A stretch of 64,000 bases of DNA from the NCBI GenBank assembly GCA_039545335.1, contig BCIN01000006.1, positions 496,001-560,000 of the forward strand, written 5' to 3'. The stretch is from Kondoa subrosea. Its lineage: Eukaryota. The notes beneath the pieces were generated by a model. It worked only from the letters and a program-made list of their open reading frames with translations, did no database searches and was not told the origin of the DNA. Below, piece after piece: positions 38,378 to 48,775 of this stretch (positions are counted from its first letter, which is position 1; each line of letters starts with the position of its first letter). The position numbers and the translations under genes are program-made.

Positions 38378-39153
38378 TCACAACGGCAAATATTGCAATA
38401 GCGCAGAATGTGATTCGGAAGCATGCAAGCCAAAGCTATCCCGTTTGCCCATTCGGCGCATAGCAGCTTCAAAGATCCTCTTGTCCGGCTTCTCTAATCC
38501 TTCCTCCCAGCTTATAGTTATTGCCTCACGATTGATGTATCGAGGAACAATGTCGAGATCTTGTAATGCTAGAATGATGCGAGAATCTGAATTGGAGATA
38601 ATGCCTAGCTTTGGCTGAGGTGACAGAGCAGAAAGCGAAGAAAAGAATGGTTTCACGTCTGATGTAAGTGTATATCCTTGAGATGATGAGAATTGCTCGA
38701 GTAAAGCTGGAACAAGTGTGGGCAAAGTGGTCTGAAGATCTGTGATATGGATCAGCGCAGCCGAAGACAGACCAGAACCTTCCGGACAAACCTGAGCCTG
38801 CTACACCTGCTTCTTCGAATGTTCTCTCGATGATTAAAGTCCACCACTCGGTCGGATCCAATCCAACTGCTTTGCCGTACAAAGGATAACGAGCATGGAG
38901 GTCCTTGAAAGCTAAGGTTAACGGTTAACTCTGATACCGCTCGACCGATATGCCACTAACCTATCTTGAAAGCTGATTTCACTTCGCCATCTTGTACATA
39001 CAGATTACATGAACGAGCGATAGATGCCTATGTCATTGACATGACATGAGAATATGGATAATACATGCAAACACTCACATACTGCTGATAGATGGGTTTA
39101 CGTGGCACCAGCAGTGTACCAAACGCGTCGAGCAGGATTGTTGAGATGCTCAT
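38378..39153 (-). CDS. HAD-superfamily hydrolase (HDHD3/Dreg-2-like), apparently C-terminally truncated
   Basis: Motif I ILLDAFGTL, motif II GIISNSDSR and motif III EKPDKRIF are present. Motif IV (HxGD...D) is not found after GLH. Confidence 0.7.
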
Positions 39154-39389
39154 TTTAGAAATTGCGATGACTTGTTTCAAACGAGGCAGATACCCAGAAG
39201 AAAGCACAGAATTGAGCGAGCAAGAGATATAGGTGTAGAACAATGGAAAGAGCTTGCAGCAAGAGCGCACTGGGCAAGGAAATGTAGAGCCTTCAAGTGA
39301 AGTCTGTGAAGCAACTGAGAGCGTTGCTATCTGCGGCCTGTCACTGTTGGAGAACACGAAGCTAAGGAATCGAAGTACCTGCGCTGAAC

Positions 39390-39938
39390 ATGCAGTCTTC
39401 AGCAGCTTCAAGCGCTGGTTCTAGGTCGACCTTACCACCTCGCTCGAATAGAACAGCTTCTGTTCAAGTCTTGGAGCGAGCTGCTGTGAGTCCTGCCGCT
39501 CGATCTTTCGATGAAGTCTGATCGTATATGTAGGCGAAAAGAAGAGCGAGGACTAATCTGCGTGATTACTATGGCTTGAACGACACTTCGACTTCGAAGC
39601 AGGGAGTTCAGGCCGGTGTCTCTCCTTATATACTCTGGCTGATCGTAACTGACTGGTGCCTGTTATTCCGCTCGAATCAGAGGCTGCTACTTTGCCTGAT
39701 CCGAAGGAACTCTTCGATCATCTCTACAATACTGCCTTAGTCGCCGATTTGCTCAAGACAGAGCAAATTACGCGAGAAGAGATCAAAGACCTTGGGTCTG
39801 AACGACAGGCATTAGTCTATAATCATCATCACGCGTTGATCGCAGCAAGTGATACAATGCAGCGGGTGAGTCGCTCTCTCTTACGCTTGAATTTACCCTT
39901 AGCCGAAAACGCTATCTTTCAATACACCCTTATTGTAA
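39390..39938 (+). CDS. VPS51: Vps51-family (GARP subunit) N-terminal domain, possibly truncated
   Basis: RARTNLRDYYGL and IKDLGSERQALVYNHHHALIAASDTMQR. Confidence 0.7.
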
Positions 39939-40107
39939 GGGAGGAGGACAATGAGGTTACTTGATGATCCCTGTCGACGGGTTGCGCTGATGCAGCCAGA
40001 CCGAAGTGGTGTGAACAAGGTATCACATAATCCGCATGTTGAACTTGTACCACGATCAGACCGCCCGGCAAGTAGTTTGACACCCTTCACACTCAGCTAG
40101 CAGCATC

Positions 40108-41484
40108 ATGCGTTTTCCGCAAGAGATCTTGGCTTTGATCATTGAAGCAGCAGCAGAATCCTCCGCACCTTTCCCTTTCACGCGCAATACGGGCCAATTT
40201 GGGGTCAGCCAAAGGCTGCCAGATCCTCGCCTTATCGCTTCTTTCCTTTAGCTTTCGGCAGACAGAATCAAAAGCTCTGCGAGCGTATTCTCTTTCGGAC
40301 AGTGCGAATTCAACGAAACAACATCAGCTTGCTTTTGAGTGTGTTGGATCCTAATGGCAGAACGGCGCGATCAAGAGCTAAGTTGGACAAGGCTGAACAA
40401 GCGGATGCTAAGCGGAGCAATGTCGAATTGCGATCTGAAGGTCGAAGATGGGAACCTCTGGCTCAGGTGGTGAAATGCATAGATGTCCGTTATTCTGTGA
40501 TATGTCAGGGTCAGAACTGACGACACTCTTAGATCGGCGGCAAAGAGCTACAAATCGATTACAAGCAGTTGCAACAGCTGGTAGCATCCTGTGTCAATCT
40601 TACTGGCTTTGTCGAATATGGCCTAGAACATGCTTTGAAGGGAGCGTCGCTTGGCGTCATCTTAGCAGACATGGACAGGCGCCGACCTTTGGAATATCTT
40701 GCTCTCGGCGAGGCTTACAGCTCAACGATTCAATATCCTCTCGATAACTTTGACTCCGTTAATCCCTTATTCTCTCAGCTTAAACATCTGCGATTTAATG
40801 GATTCCGAATGGAAAAGTGGACTATTCGATCCCTCTTTCACCTAAGAAACTTGACTCGGTTGGAAATAGCCTTTCCCCAATTTTTTTTACGAAGAGCGTA
40901 CATCAGACATACGCAGGATAACTCAAGTCTTCAAAGGTGCAACCCGGTTACGCGAATTGGTCTTCATCAAGCTGGGAGATTCGTCCGAGAACGAGTCCCG
41001 ACTAGCGGAAACTCTTCTATGCGAAGTTCTGAAGGTCGTTGGCGGGCAACTGACCTCTCTACACATCGACGGCGTACCTGTCTACACCGATAACTTCAAA
41101 CCTACACGTTCAACCCCGTCATCCTTTCCTATGTTTTCCTTTCAATCTGATTTGTATCGCACAATTCTAAATCACTGCTCCCGGCTCCAAACCTTATACC
41201 TTCGACGATTACAATTCTCCTCTCCTTCTACAGCCCCTACATCAAGCATCTTGAATATGCTCGACTTTCCAACTTTCGCTCAACTCCGAAAGCTTTCACT
41301 GATAGAATGCTATTTTTCGAATAATGCCACACAGCAAGATCTGGATATATTTATCACCGATGCTGCTACCAGAACAATCCCTATGCAAGTGAATGCCAAA
41401 TGGAATATGTTCAAGCAGGAATATGACGAAAAGGAAGTGGAAGCAATGAGGAAAGAGATTTACGAAACAGCATGGCCTCGTTAG
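40108..41484 (+). pseudogene. F-box-like/LRR-like protein with a frameshift in a T8 run (pseudogene or sequencing error)
   Basis: MRFPQEILALIIE start, LCERILFRTV, and LxxLxL repeats (LKHLRF, LTRLEI, LRELVF, LTSLHI, LQTLYL, LRKLSL). The frame changes at 40881-40888. Confidence 0.55.
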
Positions 41485-41588
41485 ATGGTTAATATGGGAA
41501 AGGCGCTGCAAGATATAGCTGGAGTATATCTCGCAGCTAGAAGAGGGTGAAGTGAGGAAAGCTCGATACTTGCATGTAATATAGAGCA

Positions 41589-42540
41589 TTATGTTCCGTA
41601 CTTAGCCGCTGCCATTGCTTTGAATTGATCCATAATGCTATCCTCTTTCTTCTTATACTCTGACCGTCGATCCTGCAACATCGCGGCCTTTTCTTCTTGC
41701 TTTGCAGCATTTCTTCCACCTCTCACCTCTTGACTTCTGTTCCGCGCAGCAACAGCAGCCGCAAAACTATCATTATCTTTCAACCCGAGCGTTCCCTCAT
41801 CCAATTCGAGCCCATTGTTCTCCTCTTTCCTGTTTGCGAATGCAGCATGAGCTGAACGAGCTTCAAGTCTTTTTTCTTGCAGTCGATCTCTGCCTGTTGC
41901 TCTATTTGAATTCGATTCTTCCCTCTCATCCGCTCTTTCCCTGTTCTTCAAAGCAGACTTGTATTTCTTTTCCGCTTCCCTAGCTTCTTCCTCTTCCTCT
42001 CTACGTAACTGAAGGTTTGCTAAAGCTGATCCACCTCCAGAAGAAGTGGAAGTAGAAGGTGGTGGTCGAGAAGGACCTTGGACTACTCTGTTTGAGGAAG
42101 AAACGGAATGTTTGACTCTTTCAGCATCGAAAGCTTCTTTCTCTGATCTCTTGATACTCCAGGAATGTGAAGTAGTAGAAGGTGCTTCAATCGCAGGATC
42201 ATAGTATTTGTCTGTTCTCACCTCTCTTATCAGTCACAGCAATCGTTGTGAACTAACAGTAAGGAAACTGACCATCTAATTTCCCTTTATTCCATCTTCG
42301 TACAAACTTCTCAAAATATTCTCTAGCTTTCTCTCCAGTCACTTTATCAAACGCTCTACCCTTTTCTTCCAATAACCAAACTCTGAAAGAACTAGATTTG
42401 AGGAAAAAATCATGCTCTTCTATTTCTTCTGCTCCATAAGGTAAGCTTGAAGAAGTTGAGCGTTTCTTGCTTTTGCTGCGTGATGATGAACGATCTTCAT
42501 CTGATAGAGAGCGATCTCGTTTGTGTACTCGAGAGGACAT
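41589..42540 (-). CDS. Conserved charged protein, style cell-cycle inhibitor 1 (SCI1)-like, 2 exons
   Basis: IEEHDFFLKSSSFRVWLLEEKG...AREYFEKFVRRWNKGKL, a charged coiled-coil region, and terminal MDQFKAMAAAKYG. Confidence 0.65.
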
Positions 42541-42998
42541 GCTTGGCCTTTATGAATGAGTATTGGAAGACTTCCAACAGATAGAAGCTCTTTGTAATGG
42601 ATTTGCCAAGATTTGTGAAAGAAGTGAGCTGGAGACGAGACCAGGCGAGGAAAGGCAGATATCAAGGCGTTTCGGATATGATCCTCCTATCAAGGTACTC
42701 GTATACAGATGGTAGAGTGAGATAGCAGTACTTGGTGTCGGAACAACCTCGCAGCAAGAAATCTCGTTCACTCTCCCGGCCAGTCTCTTATTCTTGATCC
42801 TCGACGTAATACAAGACAGTTCGCCCAGTACTGCTTGCATCCCCTGGCTGCGGATTCAGCAGGTCATGACCAACCTCTAAGAATAGCCTTGCCTCAAGTT
42901 GTTGTGACGAAGTTTCATAAATTCGCTCGTGGCTCTCTTGTCCTGGTCTCTGACTGCGTACACCATCTGATCTTCTGCTACATCTCCCTTGCTGTATC

Positions 42999-44367
42999 AT
43001 GTCCTGGAAAACACAGGCAGACTTCCCTCTTTCCGCTCACGAGCATGAACACAAACGATACGGGTCATTTCATCCACATTATGGTGAGCAATTCCATCGT
43101 TCATCTCTCGTTCGTATGCTCACTAGTATGAACGATACAGCTAGAATCACTTCTGTCGGTTCAACAGATCTAGAGAAACAACCTTTGTCGAACTCGAATT
43201 GGATCTGGTCGTCTAGAGCTCATAGAAAAGGTCGATATCCAATACAAGAAGATAGTAGTAAACCTAAAGAAAGGCAAAGGAAAGTAGTCTGGCTTAATTG
43301 GGATCCAGGAAATATTTCATGGTTGGTTGCTATGTTCTTCACCGTTGGAAGTGTTTGCTGGTGTGCGAATGCGATATTGGTCTTTGGTAAGTTTCTGTAT
43401 TAGTTACTTCCGTATTTAAATTCATGTGTTGTTGTAGGACCAGAAGTAAGAAGCAGTATGACTGCAAATGTACCTGCTCAAGCTTGGACTGCTTTTGTTG
43501 GAGGAACGATCTTCATCTTTGGTTCATATGCTGGTCTATTAGAAACTTTAAATCGTGGCACGGAAGTCAATTTTGGTACAACCATAAAGAACGATTTCTC
43601 TTCTGCAACTCATACAAGTCAAATACCTCTTTATGAAAGAAAACAACATCTTTTACTCAAAGATCGTGATCTATCTCAAGCTCGATGGAATTGGTTTGGC
43701 ACAAGATTCAACGAGATTGGTTATTGCGCAGCTTTCATACAACAAATAGCAGCTCTCGTCTTCTGGATCGCTGTAGTTACTGGTATACCTGGTTGTTTGA
43801 ATGTGGAACTATCAGGAACAGCATTGGCTGATGGTAAGCTGTTGAAGGCGATACAATGCAGTCGGTCTAATATTACAGTGAAGGTATCTATTGGCTTCCT
43901 CAAGTGATTGGCGGATGCGGTTTCATAGTTTCTAGCTTTTTGTTGATGTTGGAAGAACAGCAAGTTTGGTACAAACCTGCTTTATTCAAACTTGGCTGGC
44001 ATTCAGCTTTTTGGAACTTCTGTACGTTTGATTGACTCTTCTTCGTTTGAAGTCATAGCTGATCGAAGGCGTACAGTTGGAGGTATAGGCTTTACGCTTT
44101 GCGGTGCACTTGGGTTTGGAACTTCTAGCAAAGTGGTCTACCAAAGCGCGTGGGTTGCGGCTCTCATCGTCAATGCCATAGTATACGAATTGACTTGGTG
44201 ATAGACTTTGGACTTTCCTTGGCTCGTGGGCATTCTTGATTGGTTCTTATGAGCAACTTTTCGAAGCCATGAATCCGGAAGTGAGTACAGGATTCTGGGT
44301 GTGCAATCTAAGTCCGATTTCGTTCGATCAGCCCGTCAAGGTCCCTTTGCTAGAGAAGAAGGCTTGA
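42999..44367 (+). CDS. Fungal integral membrane protein of unknown function
   Basis: WIWSSRAHRKGR followed by repeated Gly/aromatic TM segments (WLVAMFFTVGSVCW, AFVGGTIFIFGSY, PQVIGGCGF, GGIGFTLCGALG, TFLGSWAFLIGSY). Confidence 0.75.
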
Positions 44368-44575
44368 CATCGATATAGTGTTCGAGCGTAGTAACTCAAG
44401 GGGGTTTTCCGAAGGTGGTCGGAAGAGGAAATGGATGGACAGGATATTAGTATTTTTGTGACTAAGCATCTTAATACCTGCATTTCATACACACTCGTAT
44501 TGCCTCATCTTGAGTTTGCCTTTTCGCAGACATCATTCTTACGTAATATTCTCACTTTCAAACCGTGACTCTGAA

Positions 44576-45731
44576 ATGGTTTCGCAGACCACTCTATGCT
44601 ATGGCTATCGCGTGACTACTGACTCTTTGGTCTCTGCTGCGAGACACTGGCCCGCTACCAAGAATGCTTTGCTTGCTTTATCCATGATTGCGAGTTCTTT
44701 GTTTTCATTTCTGTACGAGTCCCGTAATGCCTTTACAACAGGAGAAACGAGTTCGTAAAGGTACTCTGACCTATGGAAAAATCGCTTCGTGGAACTGGCA
44801 CTTAGAGAAGAAGGTGATCTGGCCTACAATACGCAATGCTTGAACAGCTACTGATTGCGAATGGCGCATAGGTAGAGCGCGATCAGCGATCTGGAATTGG
44901 ACAATTACCAGCAGAACTCTTCCTCATGCTCTACAATGCGGTTTATTCTATGCAATCTTTCGAGTTTTACATGATTCGCTCGAATTGCGAATGTTGCGGA
45001 TGTTCGTTTTACTTCTTTGCTATCTTGGCTTCATGCACCTCATATTCTTAGTAGGGTATGATGCGAGAGATTGCGATGACTGGGGTTGGGAGGACCCAGA
45101 TCACCCGGAAAACTATGAAATGCGCTGGGATCTTCGTTCGGAAAGCGAACTGGTCAAGAGCCCGGTACAGTATAGAAATCATGACACGATTGACTATGCT
45201 AATACTGTTGACTACAGACGTCCGCAGGTATCGCTGTGTTCCTCCAGGATCATGGACTGAAGAAGATGCTCTACGCTGAGTATCAAGACGAACACGCTTA
45301 TGGTCATCACTCTCTAGTCGGTGTACCTTTGTACATGCAGACACCACGCCCTGTCAAGAAGAAGAAGAAAAGTCCAGCCCAAAGTCAGCAAGATTTGGCC
45401 TCAAACTTTGACATCAGCCTGATGGATTCAACTGAAGTCCCTCTTTCATTGGAGGTTTGCGAGACTGGCTCTTTTGGAACCTTTGCCTTTCATTCAGCTA
45501 TGATCAGTCAAACTCAAGACACCTACGCTACTCGTCTGACTTGCTTTGCATCTAATCCCCTTCTTGAAATTGTTCCGAGCGACCGCTTTGTGTTTGGAGA
45601 TCAGGATACAAAGGTCGAGGAGATCTTCAAAACCGGTGAACCTGAATGGATTGTTGCTACGCACAGGTCAGCACTTTTGTGCACCATCGGCCCAACTGAT
45701 CTGTGGTACTGGTAGCTATTATTCATTCTGA
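44576..45731 (+). CDS. Hypothetical protein, tandem paralogue 1
   Basis: MVSQTTLCYGYRVTTDSL...HHSLVGVPL...GSFGTFAF...IFKTGEPEW; exon layout shared with paralogue 2. Confidence 0.65.
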
Positions 45732-46253
45732 GGATTCAGATGCTCAGTCGCGTAATTGAACGTCGCTGAATTGAAGTGAAGAATCACTTGATCGTCTACT
45801 TTTCGAACTTCTCTTCTTGGTTCTTTGTTGTGCCTTTTGGTGAGAATTGACTTATATTCCAAGGATAGTCTGCATCTTGTTCTCCTCTTTCTTGCACATC
45901 TGATCCGCTCAGAATGAGACGACCTCTGCTGCAGTCGACTTGCATGTCTTGTCTCTTGTCCCGATTCTTTCTCCCTCGATCTAGCAACGACGTTGAAACC
46001 TGGCTTGGCTTTGCTTCATCTCTGCTGCCCCTTTGCACACGTACGTCCATTCCCAGCATACGATGCTTGCTTCCTGCGAAAAGGCAGCAGGTCCGGGGCA
46101 GACAATAGCAACAGAATCATTTGCAAGTTGTAAGTCATAGCCCTTGAATATACGCGTATACAATGCACCTCTCCTCGGCGCTTGCCGAAGCCTGTATTCG
46201 AGATGTTTACGAAATGGTTACGTAATATCTTGGAGACCAACCGTGACTTTGAA

Positions 46254-47540
46254 ATGGTTTCGCGCACTACTCTATGCTATGGCTATCGTGTGACCACTGA
46301 TTCGCTCATCTCTGCTGCAACGTACTGGCCTGCTACTAAGAATGCTTTGCTTGCTGTATCCATGATTGTATTTTCGCTTTCTTGCGCGTTACTGTCTCAC
46401 TTCTCATTCATTGTGCAGGAGAAGCGAGTACAGAATGGGACCTTGGCTTATGGACAGATCGTACGCAGATTGAAGGGCTCCCAGAAAAAGGTGCTTCGTG
46501 TGGACAACTTGAAACCGCAAGACAGTCAAGTTGAACACATCTTACTTTTAGATCAAGCGAGACCAGAGAGCTGGAATTGGTCATTTGCCAGCAGAACTCT
46601 TCTTGATGATTTTCGATGCCATTTATTCCATGCAGTCTTTTCGTTTTAACATGGTTCGCTGCGGTGGAGATTGCTGTAAGGCTCCCCTTCTCCCACTCAC
46701 CTGATGATCTCAGTCATATAACAGACGAAGGAGTCTATGGTTTTCATGGTTTTGACTTATACGGTAGTCTGAGAGAGTCCTGCAACGGTAAATGTTGTAA
46801 GCCAATACTAGCACTGCAACGACACTCTCAGGGTTTCTACAGGGACCAATCTTGCGGAAGATGAGGAATGGCCCTATGACGATTCAGACGATCCCGAAAA
46901 TTACGACTGGCGGGCTCAGAGACGCGATGAGAGCGAAACGCCAAATAGCAGCGTGAAACTTTCCAGCTTACAGATGATAGCCTAATCTGAATACCTCTCT
47001 TATAGATTTCTAGCTCCATCGAAGTCTTTCTAAAAGGTCATCGCTTGCAGAAGATCTTTGCGGTCGATTACGAAGATGACGATAACGACAGTTGGTGCCA
47101 CCATACTCTCGTCGGTGTACCTCTGCAGATGCAAATGCCACCTAAAGTGCCACCTAAGCGAGTAAAGAAGATTCGGGCATCTGACACACCTCTTGCTCCC
47201 AACAAGAATCCTGAAGTCAGCTCATTTGATGGCTTCAATGTACCTCTTCGTCTCGAGGATCATGAAATCGGTTCCTTTGGTACATTTGCTTTCGATCCGG
47301 CTATGATCAATGCCGCTCAGAATGTTTATGCTGCGCATTCGGCTCGCTTTGCTTCCCATTGCCTTATCAAAACCGTGCCCAACGTCCGCTTCGTTTTTGG
47401 TGAACAGGATGTGAAGGATACAAAGGAAATCTTTGAAACAGGTAAACCTGAATGGATGGTTGCTACATCCAGGTCGATCTGCCTACTTTTGCCATTTTCG
47501 AATCATACTAATCAACCAAAACAGCTACTGGCCATACTGA
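46254..47540 (+). CDS. Hypothetical protein, tandem paralogue 2
   Basis: MVSRTTLCYGYRVTTDSL...HHTLVGVPL...GSFGTFAF...IFETGKPEW. Confidence 0.65.
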
Positions 47541-48303
47541 AAGCTATAGAGTTGTTGCCCTATTGCCAGATACGCGCTCAAAGCCGATTTTCGGGTTATC
47601 AGCTGCACGTATGTACTGCGCTGCTCATAATGAAGCGAGCGGATCTAGTGCTCTGTATCGATCGCCTTTCAAATTTTCTCGGTTCTATTCCCATTCCTTT
47701 TTTTTCTCCTCTTATGTCCTCCTGCTTTGAGTATGACTCCCGAGTTGCTAAATTCTTGGACTGCGCCATTGCATTGGCAATATCCCTTTCACTGCATCAT
47801 CCTTCCCTAATGTATTTGTGTCCTTAATTCGCGTCTTCAGAGCTGAGCGCTGTCGCATCCGGTAATCCATACTTCTCAAGCGTTTCAGAACAAATTTCTG
47901 TCTTTATTTAAGCTTACAAGCGTCTCTTCGCCGGTAAGTTCTGGTCGCACTTGGGGCCATCATCCCGGAAGTCAGTACTTCACCTCATGCGGTGTCTCTA
48001 AGCTGTTCGTGATAAGTAGTTCGGCAATTGCTGCGATTTGACATTGTCAATGCGAGTGTTTGCCTGAGCGAAAGCGTTATGTAATAGTATGCTCCAGGCC
48101 ACAGTGTACAACAGACATAGCAAGCTGTACACTGCCCAAGAAGTTGACCATGACAACTCGAAAATCTGCTTATATAACTCTTTTCCCTCAACAATAAGGC
48201 AGTGTCATATGAGAGTCAGCTGCGATGTCTATTGTCTGTGCCTACGCATGTCGACAAAGCTACAGGAGACTGCTATTTGGTCCATGATCATATTTTTTTT
48301 ACC

Positions 48304-48716
48304 CATTCCACTATGAGGAATGTCTAGACCTTGAGCTTGTCCTCTTCTCTCTCTCGACCACTTCTACCAAAAACTCAGCTTAACAGAGCTCTCTCAAAAG
48401 ACACACGCGTGTCATTGCTAAATTACTCGTTTTCGCGCAACGGCTTTCAATTTACGTTGAAGTCTGTTTGCTCTTCTCCTTTTGTCTTCTCTATCTTGAA
48501 CAACAACTCTCTCTGTGTCAAGACGATATACCTCTTGGTCCTTACTCATAAGCACAGACCTCATCCGCCTCTCCTCGTTCTGAAAGTCCTGGTCGACTTC
48601 TTGGACGCGTCGTTTCTTTCGTATAGACTCGTCGATCGCAGTCTTCCACTCACTCAAGCACTACACACGGCAGCGCCATTTGTATCCACTTCTTCCAGCA
48701 CTTCAATAGCACGCGT
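48304..48716. promoter_or_regulatory. Cluster of candidate TEA (CATTCC) and MCB/SCB sites upstream of the TEA-factor gene
   Basis: CATTCC-7nt-GGAATG at 48304-48322; ACGCGT at 48405, 48605 and 48711; TTTCGCG at 48431. Confidence 0.45.
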
Positions 48717-48775
48717 TTTTGGTCTCATTGAAGAGTTCCAAGTCCGATAGATCTGCATCTTTTACACGTATAATA

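Noticed and set aside
40249..40251. Premature TAG near the start of the F-box-like gene
   Set aside because: A 62-nt intron (40204-40265, gtcagc...acag) removes it and restores the frame.
47475..47827. C-terminal part of the 260-aa ORF 47045-47827
   Set aside because: Read-through of an intron whose position is shared with paralogue 1; the true stop is probably at 47540.
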